From Larinioides sclopetarius (taxonomy: Eukaryota): a DNA stretch of 64,000 nt. The DNA is taken from positions 2,439,739 through 2,503,738 of the forward strand of contig CAXIEN010000093.1 of the NCBI GenBank assembly GCA_964023285.1, given 5' to 3'. The stretch's first letter is position 1. Every line of letters starts with the position of its first letter. The notes under the pieces were generated by a model. The model saw nothing but the letters and a program-made list of their open reading frames with translations. It did no database searches and was not told where the DNA came from. A program made the translations under genes and the position numbers. Shown piece after piece: positions 1 through 13,965 of this stretch.

Positions 1-2711
1 ATTTTGGATATGTGTCGTAAAGAAGCCATTTTTTCTCTCAAAATTAATATATATAAATAATAAAGCATTTTAAAGATGTTAAATTCTGCGAGAGAATTTT
101 AGGCTTTAGTCCGTAAACTACGTTCAATCGCGCTGTCAACAGTTCAAAAGTTTCTTAATCTAAAACCATGCAAAATGGTGCTGCTCGTTCTGGTCGGCCA
201 TCTTTAATTACATCTATTAACAGACGATTTGTTGCCGTTCTCTATAGAAAGATCCTGTTGTATCAACACCTTCTAAATATGTGGAAATTGTATACGCTTT
301 TAAGCTTAATCAAAATTGAAAAACATAGAATATGCATTTAGTAATGCATGTAAGCAAAAGGATTTTTATAACCTTGTTGCGGGACGAAAATATTGTGTAA
401 ATAAAAGTAATCGGATGTTAGATTACTTTTTATTAGAAAATATGTAAATAAAAGTTTAGAATTATCTGAAAACATTTTTTTTAGACGAAAGTAAACTCGG
501 TATTTTTGGATTGGATGATTCGAACACACAGAAATACACCCAAATTGCCAACAAACAAACACAGAAAAGAAGGCATACTTGTTTGGGATTATATGAGTGC
601 TTCTGATGGTGGGGATTTGGACATTGTTTATAGGATTAAAAATCCTGAACATTAGATTGATATGCTAAAAGGTTATTTACTGCCTAGTGTTTAAAGGAGG
701 ATGAAACGTGTTTCAGCCATAACTATGTTTTCATGTTTGATAATGACCTTAAGGAAAAAGCTTTATATGTACGGATCTGGATAATATATAACATCCCGAA
801 CTCTATATTTTTTTCCCTTAGTCATTTGTTCTCACTCTAATTGAACATTTGTGGGAGTCCCTTCATCAAAATATTTGACCCAGGCATATTTTCATTAATA
901 ACTGCTTTTAAACAAGGATGAGACTCCATATCTAGCTTAGAAATAGAAATTTGGCTAAATTAATGCCAGAGAATCTCAAAGCAATTATTCTTGCTAAGGG
1001 ACACCATAAAAATGATTAATAAACTATATTTTTATTAAAGTAGTCAACACATGTGCATTTTACAAATAATTTTTACATCAAAAGATGATGGATTGTTTTT
1101 GTTGTATAATTTTTTCATGTATGGATTATTCTCATAAATTTTACATTGCAGCAATTATTCAATTATGCACTTTATGGCCAAAAGCATTTGCATACTTTTC
1201 AGATTTACACACTTTTTTCTAATTTCAATCTAAAGGGTGGAAAAACTGCACTTGAACTTTGACTATGATAAATAGACTTGTATTCGCATTTTACAGTGAA
1301 GATGATTTTGTCACGAGACCATTTTGGGAACTGACAAGAAATTAGTGAAGACAAAAAGGAATTTTAATTCACCCTGTTTTAACAGAACGCTGAAAAGGAT
1401 TTTCAAATTTCATCAATTGTTATAATTGGTATACACAATGATTGCATACATTTTGGTAAAAATAGCACGTATTATTTGCGTATATAAAGGATTCCTTAAA
1501 AAATCCCAGATTTCCCAGCACATTTCATGCAGTTTTCGTCAAATTACACGAAAACTTTGAGAGTATTCAACTATATCCTAGAACAGCATTGCATTAATTG
1601 AAACGTGAAAATGAGTATTTGCAATCAATAATTTTTTATTTAGCATTTGGGAGATGCAGTGTGGTTTTTCTTTAATAATTTGAAAGCCAGATATATGAGA
1701 AACTTACATAAAAAAATCCAGTTTAAAATCATTTAAGATTTAGAAAGATAACTTTAAGCAGAATTTTTGCTTCTCTCTAAGAGAAACAAAATCATGTGGG
1801 GGTTTCTATGAATTTTTTTATAATGTACTTTTGAATAATTTTATGGAGTTTATTCCAGGTTGAATGTTCTGTTTATCCACGCATTCTTAAAAATAAAATA
1901 TATAATTTAAATTGTAGTCGAAGATGACTGTTCCAGAATTTAGTTAAAAAAAATTGTGATAAAAACCCTCATAATTTGATTTCTCTCAGAGAGAAATGGA
2001 ATTCATTTCACTTCAATGTATATTTTTTAAGTCATAATGGTATTCAACTGGAATTTTTACACAAGTTGTCCAATTAATCTGGCTTTGATGTTTTGTGGGG
2101 GGAAAAAACACCGCTGCGTTTCGCACAGCCGCAGTAAAAAAGTTATTGACTACAGAGACTCGTGTTTTCTTAAATATTCAAAGTATTTATTTTTAATTTA
2201 AATAAAATGCCTCTTTAACATATTTAAAAGTATTTCGTAAGTTTCATACGGTTTATTTGAAAACTCTGCACTTTATAAACAAAAAACATGGGAAGCATTT
2301 AGGGATTTAAAAAAAAACTTTTGCATCTCCTAGATCATGCGTGATGTTTTTGCGAAAATGCATGTACGTGTAAACAATGTGCATATTTAGCATAGTCGTT
2401 GGTGAAATCTGCAAATCTTTGTTAGCTTTCTGTGAAATCGTTTGAACCGAAATCTCTTTTCATCGTCATCAATGTCTGGTCGCCTCTTGAATGACCTTGT
2501 TACATCAGAATCTTCACGGGAAAATATGAATTCTGGACTATTTATTGTATAATCGAAGTTCAAATGCAGAAACGTTTAAATCCAAAAGTGTCTGGACGCT
2601 TTTAATTATATTATATACCCCTTGAGCCGTTTGTTTTCTCAATTGTTTAATTAGACGACACATTCTATTTTGGGAATGTGTTGTCATTTTAATTTAATTG
2701 AGATGTTAAAT

Positions 2712-3055
2712 AGGGTGAGAACAGAACAGGAATTTCAGGGAAAAGTCAGGGAAATTCTCAAAAATTCAGGGAAAACTATCGATAAGAGAACTTTGAATAA
2801 GTATGTGCTGGACCTGTTTAAAAATTTTGAGCAAAGATCTTAATTACCATTACTGTTAACTTAATCTAATTTGTGTTACAAAGAATAGTTTTAATGTTTC
2901 TTGGATTTCTTATGCGGTTTTAGAGCAAAGTGTTTTGTTAAAATTTTCATTATTTTTTAGATAAAAGAAATGTAATATACTGTTTAATAATTTTTTAGGA
3001 TGTTCATTCCGTTTTTTAAAATTTAAATTTTCTTCAAAAGTTTGCTAAAAAAATG
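2712..3055. mobile_element. Truncated 5' fragment of MITE family A.
   Basis: Begins tagggtgagaacagaacaggaatttcagggaaaagtcaggg. Lacks the 3' TIR. Confidence 0.4.
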
Positions 3056-3194
3056 AAGGAGAAATGAAAATTACAAGTCAGAAACAAGCTAATGTTTATT
3101 ACTAATTTAAAAGAAGTATTTGAATTAGTCTTTTTAAAATGAATACAGCACCTTATAATTAGTAGAAGCAAACTCATATATTTTTTTCTATACC

Positions 3195-3390
3195 TTGAAC
3201 TTGTTTGAGACTCTATACCGTGCGAATCGCAGCATCCCTTTCCGTGTGCTTGTACAGAGACCCAGAGTCAATACTCTCCTGCATTTAGTTAATCAAGAGT
3301 ATTTTACCAAATTTCTCGAATAATCTGAATTTTTCCTGGAATACGCACCCCAATTAGTTTGAATTCCCAGAGTTCCACTTTATCTCTAAA
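3195..3390. repeat. Unclassified ~200-bp interspersed repeat (second copy at 20045-20250).
   Basis: cttgaacttgtttgagactct...cagagtcaatactctcctgcatttagttaatcaagagtatttt...aataatctgaatttttcctggaat here, against cctcaacttgtttgtcactgt...ctagagtcaataatctactgcatttaatttatcaagaatatttt...agataatctgaattctctggaat at 20045-20250. Confidence 0.45.
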
Positions 3391-3448
3391 ATGTTTTTCT
3401 TTTTGCACAAAATACTGTTTTAAATAATGCTTTTATTTTTTTTATTAG

Positions 3449-3597
3449 GTAGATCATGTGATATTTCTCAGAGCATCTGGATCTGATGGTGGTGAAGAAG
3501 TCAAAGGAGTAATCAAATCTTTTCTTCATAAATATCGAGAAGTGGTTAATTCTGAATTGCTATATACGGATGTGGATTTCCTTATGAGTAATTCCAG
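3449..3597 (+). CDS. Candidate upstream coding exon of the NWD1-like gene (VDHVIFLRASGSDGGEEVKGVIKSFLHKYREVVNSELLYTDVDFLMSNS). No ATG, so the true start is probably further upstream.
   Basis: Open frame bounded by a polypyrimidine tract and AG acceptor (tttattag|gt) and a GT donor (ccag|gtatgc). Its end phase of 2 is compatible with the next exon. Confidence 0.4.
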
Positions 3598-4465
3598 GTA
3601 TGCAAAAATATTTTATAAAAAGTAAATGTTATTTTAAAAGGTAAATGAGCCAAAGGTGACCGGTGTTTCTAAGGTAGCCAACTTTTCAAAAGTAGAATTA
3701 ATTTCATTTTTGATTATAATATGGTGCTTTTGCATTGTAAATGTCGTATCTGCAGTGCACTTGGCTGAATTGGAAGATATTACCTTGATCGGTCTCTATG
3801 ATATGCTTTAATTTCACTCTGGAAGAGTAACCGTTCTGATTTCCTGGTAAGAAAATATTTTATTCCACATGTGTTTAAAGTCTTAGAACTTTGATTTATT
3901 ATAATTTTTCGGGAAGCTTATTTCTTTCTCTTTAACCTTACTTCAATTCTAATAAATTGATCATATTAATAGTTTTAAGTTGTGCAAATGACAACCATAT
4001 GCTTGTTCCCAAAGACCACCTTAGAAAACAAATATAGAAATCTATGTTGTGAGGGCAATTATTAAAATTTTTACTTAAGTACCTGAAAAAATTAATTTGT
4101 GTTTATTGTTAAATTTATGATAATAAAAGTTATATATTTTTTATTTAATTATTGAATAGTGGTTACAGTTTTATTTTCTTATCAGAAAAATGTCATGAAA
4201 TCTAAAAGAAACTTTTGTTAATTCTTCGTTGAGTTATTGTTATAAGTAGTATAAAAATAAAGTATTGGACATATTGGGTATACTCTTCTACAAATAAAAA
4301 TAGTTTTCTAAGTATTTTTTCACGTTTAAAAAAAGACTTCATTACATGGGCAACCTTTGGAATACTTTGCGTCAATCCCCAGCTACAATTTTGAAATTGT
4401 ATTATGAAAACAATTAAATTGTATTTTTCAAAGAAACGTAATCATGATATGTGTTAGCTTATATT

Positions 4466-4700
4466 AACGTCCTGTTTTTAAGCAACACGAGGGCTATTTA
4501 GGAACGGACCTAGTAATTTTGAATCGTGATCGGGTAGTAAGGACGACACCTGGGCCGGCACCTCCTTTCCAAACTTCTGCACCACACCAGCGGTAGGACG
4601 TTTGGCACTACGTAAAAACGTGCAACAGACCCCATACACAGCGGATCTTCAGTGAAATCGAGTTTCGAACATGCGACCCTCCGGTCACGAGGTCGGTGTG
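4466..4700 (-). mobile_element. SINE-like repeat with a tRNA-type B-box (GGTCGCATGTTCGAAAC on the minus strand).
   Basis: GC-rich 235-bp block in an AT-rich intron. A partial copy lies in opposite orientation at 22985-23120 (~75% identical over …gtcgtcc..gatcacg.ttcaaaattac.agg.ccgt..taaa.agccctcgtgttgctt.aaaa..ggacgtta). Confidence 0.4.
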
Positions 4701-5110
4701 TGTTAGAGATAAGAGTAAACTTTTTATAAAAAAAGATAAATCAGCCACTCGCACTTTACCAGAAAGTTTAAAAAATTCTTCAAAACTTAACTATGGCCAT
4801 CTTTTGCTCACCTAATTTATTATAAGATTGAATTTCAGAAATAATGTGTATAAATATTATGTACTAATTTTCTAATTAGTTAATGGCGCTGTGATTATAT
4901 TTGTTCTGAAATGCTGTTTTATAAGTTTCTTCGTATTTTAACTAAAAATGTGGAAGGTGCTGTGAAATGAATACCTAAATAATGCGATAAAGGAGATTTT
5001 ACTGAATGAATTTTTAAAAAAAAGTTGTTTTTTTTTCAAAAAATAATTATTACATATTTTCCCTAACTTGACTGTTCATGAGCCGGGTGGAGTAGAGTTA
5101 AGGTCTTTGA

Positions 5111-5866
5111 TTTTTACATTCTTCTATATGTATATAAGAAGAAAGTATTGGAATCGTGACAATTTTGGACTTTCGGTTTTTGATTGGATTTACACGTCTT
5201 GGGAGGTCCTGAACACAATCTGTCTATTTTTACAAAATGTCTGTCTGTGTGTCCGTCTGTCTGCCTGTGTACTGTGTGTGACATAAACTTTGTGGCCACG
5301 CTACGCAAAAACTACTAGACAGAATCTCATGAAATTCTATATTCAGTTGCATTTTAACATAAATCGGTGCTGATTAGATCTTGGTGCAGATCTCTCAACA
5401 GGTAGCGCTGCTATTCCGTTTTTTATCGATTTTTTGTATCTGCTCTATATCAAAAACTAATAAACAAAACTTCATGAAATTTTATATTTAGTTGTGATCT
5501 TACATGAATTGATTCTGTTTAAATTTTGGTGTTGATCGCTTGATAGGTAACGCTGCTATTTTATATTTTTCACATTTTTTTACGTCCACTCTAGATTAAA
5601 AACTAATGGAAAATATTCATGAAATTTTATATTTAGTTTTACCCTAACATAAATTGATGCTGATTAGAGTTTGGTTTAAATAGCTCAACAAGTGGTGCTG
5701 CTATTTCATTTTTTCATAAATTTTGCTAATTTTCCAAATATTTGAGATTTGTTTATCTCTGTTTTAATGTTTTGAAATTGCATAAAATTTAATACACAAG
5801 ATGTATACTTTATGAATAGAATATACTTATATAGAAGAAAATTTCGTGCTGGCCACATCATACTAG
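5111..5866 (+). mobile_element. Non-autonomous repeat family 1, copy 1, with a Helitron-like 3' end. It contains three ~145-bp internal tandem subunits.
   Basis: Shares its head (tttttacattctt...gaagaaagtattggaatcg) and tail (gctggccacatcatactag|t, a short palindrome then CTAG then T) with the copy at 18822-19370. The internal repeat unit begins 'ttcatgaaatt[t/c]tatatt[t/c]agtt...' and occurs three times at 5330-5760. Confidence 0.6.
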
Positions 5867-6339
5867 TTTTATATCGAAGGATTGAATGTTGTAGGTCCGG
5901 TTGTAAAATGATGTTTATAGTCTAATATCCTCACGTTGGTCTGGTGCGGACGTTTAGAGAGTGAGATTCCGGCTTGCTTTATATTATCTCTGTTCAACGA
6001 CAGTCCGTCCCAAAATAGCCCGTATATGTAACTTCAAAAAAGAACACTAATATAAGATAAATGGGACTATTATAACTGCTCTAGTTGAGTATCTCAAAGC
6101 TTAAAAATAGCTGCTTGATTTTCTTTCCTCTGATTACGTTTTCCTATGATGAGAAAATTTGTTCTGATATGAATTTATCTAGATGATAAAATTTGCATTT
6201 TGTGTGGACCCTAAGTATTTTGTTAAATTGTATTTTTAGATTAAATTTAAAAGAATATTTAATTATACACCTTTGTATTTATTGTTTAATATTTCTTCCA
6301 TTCTGAATCTGTTCAAAGTGGACAGTTTTTACAGCGGCG

Positions 6340-6440
6340 TATGGGAGGGTAAGCAGCGTCCAGGTCATGATATATGCCCCCCATCATATTATTAGCGCCC
6401 TGAGCACGGAAATTTTTTAACCCCCCCCCCCTTATTGTAC
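6340..6440. repeat. GC-rich repeat containing a C12 homopolymer. An inverted, related copy lies at 31140-31335 (G9-G11 runs).
   Basis: ccaggtcatgatatatgcccccc here matches the reverse complement of gggggggggcatgatcaggggtcatgacc at 31160-31190. Confidence 0.4.
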
Positions 6441-6549
6441 TTTTCTTTAAAATATGGCATGAATGTATGTATGAAATCTGTCATGCCATGGCCAAAGCCG
6501 TGGCAAGGTTAAGTGCCTCCTAGATTGTTTTTTTTACTTGTCATTAGTG

Positions 6550-7387
6550 CAGGATCACGACAAAACCGAGAAATCTGGGATTTCAGGGAAAAGTCAGGGA
6601 ATGTCATAAATCTAATCAGAGGAGAAAGTCTTTGAAATTCGGAGAAATATCTAAAAATGAAAATAATAATAATAATAATATGCCGATAAGAGCATTTTGT
6701 CCAAGCATATGCTGGATCGGTGATTCATTTTATAGGCAAAATAATTATTTGTTAATTGAGTTATTAATGCCCAGTATTATTTGTAATAATAAATGGAATT
6801 AAAAAATATTCATTTATAAAATCATTAGGATTTAATCAGAGCAATTGATTTCTCATGATTTGTTAAGGAGTAAAGATTTGAAGTGATATTTCGGCACTTC
6901 CTGTGATAAAATATGGTAAACTATATATTATTATGGATGTATAATTATATTATATTTATACTACAATATGTTATTTTGGTATTCATGCAAAGACTGTAAC
7001 TAGTTTTACCCCTGTTTATAAATTTTCAGAAAAGATTTTAATAACCCCTCTGTTAACTTAATCTAATTTGTGTAACAAAGAGTAGTTTTAACGTTTCGTG
7101 GATTTCTTGTGCTGTTTTGGGTGAAAAGTATTTTGTTAACATTGACAGTATCTTTTTCATAAAAAAAAATTAACGTACTGCTTAAAAAATTTTTTAGGAC
7201 ATCCATTTCATTTTTGGAAATTTAAACTGCATAAAAATATTTTTTTTCCTTATTTAATGTCTAGTAAAAATGTTTTTAATAATGCATATTCTGCATATAC
7301 AGTGATTCTGAACAGGGTGAAAGTCAGAGAGCTAATATAGTCAGTAATCGTAAACCAGGGAATTTTTTTTTTCTGTTGTCACCTTGT
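6550..7387. mobile_element. MITE family A copy with a divergent 5' terminus.
   Basis: ...tcagggaaaagtcaggga near the 5' end, and ...ttctgttgtcaccttgt at the 3' end. Collinear internally with the 28771 and 56606 copies. Confidence 0.5.
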
Positions 7388-7660
7388 TAGTGGCTTTGGT
7401 GTCCGGTATGAACGCACGCACACACCGCTTTGACACCATGACCAAAGACGGGCGTGAGTAAGAGGCGACCAGAATATATATATATTCAGGCGTCATCAGT
7501 GGCTTAGCAATCGTAAATGGCGTTCGGTATGAATGCTTTGACACCATGGCCAAAGGTAGGGGGAGAGTAAAAGGCGGCCAGAAAATTATTTGAATTTTTT
7601 TTTTTACTTTAATCGTCATCAGTGGCTTAGCAATCGTAAATGGTGTCCGGGCAAGGTACT
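7388..7660. repeat. Tandem repeat, unit about 125 bp, about 2.3 copies, GC-rich. It starts immediately after the 3' end of the MITE A copy.
   Basis: The unit cgtcatcagtggcttagcaatcgtaaatgg[c/t]gt[tc]cggtatgaa...ctttgacaccatg[ga]ccaaag...gagtaa.aggcg.ccagaa is repeated. It produces the spurious minus-strand ORF 7341-7706, which has an internal peptide repeat TPFTIAKPLMT. Confidence 0.7.
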
Positions 7661-10002
7661 GTTTTTGCGATTCCTCGTAATATTTTGCTTTATAGATGAC
7701 ATACATGCAGTATTGTTTTTACTTTGTTGCGCTCGCTAAAACTGGTACCCGGAGAATCCATATCTTGTTTCCGCTACTGAATTCCTATCCAAGCCAGATT
7801 TAGAAACACATTTTGTCTTAAACCTGGGCTTCTTCAAGTGTTTGTCGCTGCTCCAATTATTGTAGCATTGAAAAATATTGGGCCAGCGAAAGTTTTCACT
7901 AGGCCTTCTACTTTTAGATTTTTTAAAAAAAATATAAGACATGCTAATCAAAGTCTTGTTAATTAAAATCATTTCATGCAAACATTTACTATGTAATTAC
8001 TTTGAATTGAATATCCTTTGCTTGATAATATATTAGTTTTTCGATTTCTTATTTATTTTTCACTGTTTCCTCACAGCAAAATTATTCTTACGAAAATTGC
8101 TCTCGAATTTCTTTATCTTAGAGTAAAAAGAGTTAAATATTATCTATGCCTTAAACCATCGTTATTAACTATTTTAGAAGTTTTGAAAAACATGCATCAG
8201 CCACAATTGTACAAATGCAGTGTTTAGACAATTATCGATATAACTATCGGGCATCAAAATAACTGATACAGTTTTTACTGACGACCAGTATATTGGCGCA
8301 TGTCTTTTGAGTTCAGAGGGATCAATGATGTTATTCAAGCCTCTTCGAAAGCTGAATATATCGGACTAGTATTCCATTTGATGTTATTGTTTTTATCTAA
8401 TTTCTTGTACGGTAGTCTAGTAAAGCTCTTTTGATCATAATTCAGAAAGTTTAAAAGGTCTTATATGGAAAATATTTTTAGTGATTGGATTGTCACTGAT
8501 TCAGTGATTGGATCGATGAATTCCATGGATTCAGGCTTCTTAATCTGCTGCATCTTATCATTGTTGATAAGGACATGATATGGAAATCATGTTGCCATAG
8601 CTTAAAGAAAATTTCGTTTTAGTTTTAGCGAAAGGAGTCACTAAATCCAGAAAAACATTTTAACAGATTACTGTAGTCCATTAGACTTTTCAATTAACTA
8701 TTTTGCGATTATAAACCTCTTATTTAAACATCACTAAATCAACAGTGGGAGCTAGAAATCTGTAAAATAATTTTGATTGTTTCTCATGACGTCTCAAAAT
8801 TAATCAAACTTAAATTGACCATATCTTGAATCTATTGGCTTGGACTTGGTGATTTTTGCCTGAACAAAGACTATTTTAAATGCGTACAATAAATAACATT
8901 GCTTTATGAGCTTATTCATTGCATTTAAGTTTAAAAGAAAAAAAAAAGAGTAATGTAAGCGGTTTCAACCCCTTCCTACTTTTCTCAATTAATTTAAATT
9001 CAAGATAAGTAGTGTCAATTAATGAACTGTAAATTGGTCAACAGTTGTTAAACACCATAAATAATATTTATATATCTTGTGGTTAAGAAAGAGTTTGCAA
9101 AAGTACTAAGTGTGCTAGGAATGCTTTTATTCTTCTCTTCTTGAGGAGTCTTGGGTTGGTATGTTTTATATTCATTAGTGTTGTGTTTTTCGTGTCGAAG
9201 GGGAGAGTAAGGTAAAACCAGGTATCCTTGATTCTGGCGCTATTATGTTCCTTATTTAGCCGACAGATACTGTATTACACTTAACTATTCAAGAAAAGGG
9301 AAAGGTAATCGAACAGTCCGTTGAATTCACTGCATCCACGCTTGAAGGTTCATTTTTAAAACATCAACTCTCTAATGTTCATTTGATTTTAAAACATCCT
9401 TATTAATAAACATTGCAGTTATAAAAAACTATGTCGACTCCAGCTTATTACACGTTTACTTAAGATTTATATCCTCTCAAACAATACAATAATAACTGTG
9501 CGGTTCCTATTTAGTTTCTTATAATCTCTTTACGGTGTAAAACCGGGTAATTCAAGTAGTGTAAAGCAGAGATAGTTAGTGTTGATAATTCCTCCGATTA
9601 AAACGACAAAAACACATCAAACATTGATTGTTTATATCATGTATTTTCAAATTTAAATAAAGGCGAATGATTAATCCACTATAAATATTGTCATAGCTGT
9701 CCCCAAGAAAGCTGCAGTGACGCGAAGGAAGAAGACAACGGTTTTACAGGAGAATTTTGTAACAAATAGTCCTTAAATTGTTATATAAAGTTTTAAAAAA
9801 GATTGCTACGTATTTTGTTCATTTTAACTTTGGGCTGTAATTTTTCAACTTGCGAGGAAAAGGAAAAAGAATGTCGACTCTGCTTGTGTAGGGTACCTTT
9901 TTTTCTCTCTTGACCGACTTATAACGGCAATGCTCTTAGACCATTTATTATTGATGGCAATTTTATCCTATTAAAAGGATTGAACCAACTTTTGGAGTGA
10001 AT

Positions 10003-10884
10003 ATTTTTACTTTCTTGTATAAAGGAAGTATTGTAATCGTCAAATTTGAACTCGAGATTTTGACGAATCTCCACGTTTTAGACCTCCCTGAGTCCGAAAA
10101 GCACAATTTGGGAATGCCGTCTGTCTGTAAACGCAATAGTTCAAACACTTATATAGTAATAGGGCTGAAATTTAGTATGTGGTTTCTGTACATAATTCGT
10201 AGGTTTCTATCAAATTTGGGGTAAAATCCCTCCACGGAAAGTATGTTTGTCTGTCTGCCCACGTTAAGGTGAATTCAATAACTTAAAAACTTTTGAAGAG
10301 CTCGATAGATAAAATTTGGTACACAGTTTTCTCATCTAAAATGTATGTCCGTATAAAATTTTGGGCCAAAATCGTCAAAGGGTTGATTATCAGTCGGTCT
10401 GTATAATCACATACTTATATAAATTATCTTAAGCCCTCTGGCTTAGATATATAAAATTTAGTATGACGTAAGCTATTATTAGTTGCAGACCTGTGGTAAA
10501 GTTTCGTCCCAATTGGTTAAAAAGAAGATGCCTTATTTGCGTATTCAATTTTATAATTCGTACGTCTTGTGAGCAGGCACGCTACATGATGAAAGGTATG
10601 CGTAATCACTTCCTAGGTGCTTTTTTTACTACTTGTCTCCTTTTTTCCCTTTAGACGAATTCTGAACATGGTTGGATAATTTTATCTCCGTTCGCTTTGT
10701 TGTTTTTGGGAGAATTATCATCATGAGAAATTAATTAGTGGCATTTTGGGTATATAGTATATTCGAAATGTTTATCCGGTTTATAGATTTTACAATTGAT
10801 GAAATATTTTCATCCATGCTAGAGTGTGAGAAACAGCACAATTTTGGGAAAATATACAAGAATAGGGCAGGCCACTTTCACTGG
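10003..10884 (+). mobile_element. Non-autonomous repeat family 2 (~880 bp), copy 1. Helitron-like 3' terminus.
   Basis: Head tttttactttcttgtataaaggaagtattgtaatcgtcaaa; tail gggcaggccactttcactgg|t. Homologous along its length to the copies at 26003, 27443 and 50651. Confidence 0.6.
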
Positions 10885-12169
10885 TTTTAATTATGGGTGA
10901 ACAGCCTTTGTTGCTATACATCCATAAAACTCGTATCTCCTTGAGATACCTGTTTAAAGATTGCAACTTTTCCTTTTTTCCCCATAATGTTAAAATGTGT
11001 ACCCGTTTTAACCCCACTAGTAAGATAAAACCTAGTAGTTTGATTTTTTTATATATATAAAAAAAATCATTGATCAAAAAGTAAAGAAACTGAATTTTTT
11101 AGAAATATATATTATACTATGATAAACGATGAATATTTTAATAAAATTTGACTGGATGTATGCCGAATATTTTATCTCCAAGAGACTTTCGAACAGTAGC
11201 TATCTTATGCTAGAACATTTTCCCATAATTATTGCAGATTCCATTTATCTTCCCAGATTCCAGCACAATAAATTGGCTGTACTCTCTGCTGGGACACTGG
11301 TGATAGATTTTAATTAACGTGGCGGCGATTGAATATTTAATTTAGTGGTTGTATTTGTTAAGAAATTTCTTGAAATTTATTTGAAACAAATATCTATTTC
11401 ATCTAGTCGTAAGGGAAAAAATCGCGTGCAATTTTGGTGGCATATTATTTTTAAATAAATGCTCATTTTAGATTTTCAGAAATATTTCTAAAATTACATA
11501 TTAGTTCGATCTCTAGAGGGTTATTATGTTTCAACTAGATGGAGTTTTTTTATTTGTTTCATGTGTTATTGACTTAAATTAATAAAGAGATAAATGAGAT
11601 AGATATTTTTTTAAACTACGGGATTTTTTGAAGGATTTTATTCGAAGTATTTCAGTATTTTACCTTACATATTTGTATAAATCTAATGTAATCTACTTAA
11701 GTGATGAATGGCGCAACATTTAAATGATAGTTTTTAATTCATTTGGGAATGTTGTGCCCAAAGTTGTGCTTATCATTGTGAAATGTCAATTCATAGAATG
11801 AAATCATAAAATTAGCAGTGAAACTTTCTAAATTTAAAAAAAAAGCAACCTTTTATTAGAAATGCTGGAGATAAAAAAAAACCTCTCTTGTTTTAGATTC
11901 GATATTTTGAAAATGCTTTCAGAATGCAGACGACCAAGCTGAATGAGTGAAAGTTATGGAAATTTTACTCTGAAGATTGTAGCCTAAAAAAGGATTTATT
12001 ATATATATATAGTTTTTTATATATTATTTCTGTTATATGTAATGAAAGTAATATGTTTACCAGTAGGTGTTCTAGTATATTACTTTTCATCCTATATAAG
12101 AACTACACATTTATATTTCAAAAGCAAATAAAAATCATCTCCTATTTTTGATTTGTGTTTCTTTCACAG

Positions 12170-12238
12170 CTTAGCTGATTCTGATAGTGCAGATGGTAAA
12201 GATGTTTACATTGGTGGGAATACTACACAGTTAGTCAA
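12170..12238 (+). CDS. Small coding exon of the NWD1-like gene (LADSDSADGKDVYIGGNTTQLV).
   Basis: Acceptor ctttcacag|c and donor caag|gtaagt. Phase-consistent with the flanking exons. Confidence 0.4.
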
Positions 12239-13965
12239 GTAAGTCCTTTATTTCAATGATTGCTTTCATATTTTAAAAAAAATAATGTGATCATTTTAGA
12301 AATTATGAAAAAATTTTCATCTAAAAACTGTGATTTTGAAACAATTGCTGTGTATTTCTTCTAGTTTGAAACTATGCTATAAAGTTCGAATATCAGGAAG
12401 TAATTTTAACTTTTAGGAAGTTGAACTAGATATCATTTTATTAAAATTATATTCATAATAATTTCAATAAAAACCCTACAGATAACTAAATCTGAACTTA
12501 AGAAGTGAATGATATGTACCACAATTTAGAACTTTATTTTCTCATCTTACTTTGTTCTGAGATGAAGATTTTAATTTAAAAAATTCATTTGTGTATTGAA
12601 TGTTTGCTGAGGACTTTATTTATCATCATCAATCTACAGTTAAAACAGGAAAAGCAGTATAACAGCTTTTTATGCAACTATTTTTTAAAGTAATTTTCAT
12701 GTCTATGACACTAAATTAAGGTTTCAAGGTTTTTTTTTAAATCCGTATTTAGTGTTTTATTGTGACATAATGTAAGTGCGTGGATATCAACTGTGAACGA
12801 AACATTCATAACTATCATCTGTGAACCAAGGGGCTCATTCTCACAAAAAGAGGTGCTTTTGTACAGTGTTTGGAGATAAAAATTTGAAAATGCAAAAATG
12901 CTATAATATTTTTGTTCACATGTTTTCAGTTTCAGTTTTAAAAAAGCTTTTTAGTACTCTTTACAAAAATAATTTTACTATTTAACCCTCATTTTTCAAT
13001 GAATATAAGACAAAGCCCTACATCTGAAGCACAAGATAATCTTTTTTCCAATACAAAAACAATTAAAAAATGTTTTGCTTTTTTGGCATTATTGGCTAAT
13101 TTAAAGTATCTAGTTAAGGTCTAACTTAATTTTTTTTAAAATTAATTTTTAAACTTTGTCCCAGGAAAATTGACCATGGACAAAGAAAATAACTTAAACT
13201 GGCATTTATAATATTTTTTTTATCTCCAAACACAATGAAATAGTTTATAAAAGTGGCAGACAATTTGTTCTTTAAGGAAAAATGTTTATTCTATTGTAAG
13301 TTCTTTGAATATATTCTAATTTATCAGTTCCACTTAGAGCTTGTTAAAATTTCCAGTATTCTTAAATAAGTTAAGAAAAATATAATTTAAACTTAAAATA
13401 CTAAATTTTGATTTTAGTACTGAATTTAATGCTAATAAGTGTAGCAATATAGAAGCGTAAAAAACCAAAGCACTTACAAATTTCAAAATTTGGTTCTTGT
13501 CTCCTTCGTGGACACAACATCTTCATTGAGATCAATACAACGAAAAATGCCAAAACAACGAAAAATGCCAAAAATCATGATGCAGTGAGATAAATTAAAA
13601 TAATTATCAAGTTCTTTGGTAAGTCAATTTATAAACATAAGTTATTTTCTTTTGTATTTTTTAAAAATTGAAATTGAAATTATATGCTAGAAAAATTAAG
13701 AAAAACAATTCATAAAGAATATTTATAATATGTAAGCTTCATTATTGTATGAAAACATTTTAATTGCTAAATACATTTTTCTTAAAAATGGAAATATCAA
13801 GAAATAAAAAAGGGACAAATTTGTGAAATCCTCTGTTTCAGAAGAGAAGGAAGTAGGAAAAATTTAATATGCAACTTACTAGATTATTTATATTTAAATA
13901 AATATTTGATATTCTATTATTTTAATATATAATTAATTACTCTCCTACAAAATGTTGTTAGCATT

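Noticed and set aside
338-652. 104-aa minus-strand ORF
   Set aside because: Low-complexity and hydrophobic, with no splice context or recognisable motif. One ORF of this length is expected by chance in 128 kb of six-frame space at this base composition.
6663-6682. (AAT)6-7 microsatellite inside the MITE A copy
   Set aside because: A trivial simple repeat. Noted only as a possible source of length polymorphism.
7341-7706. 121-aa minus-strand ORF with the repeated peptide TPFTIAKPLMT
   Set aside because: It reads through the ~125-bp GC-rich tandem repeat at 7388-7660. The peptide periodicity reflects the DNA repeat, not a protein.
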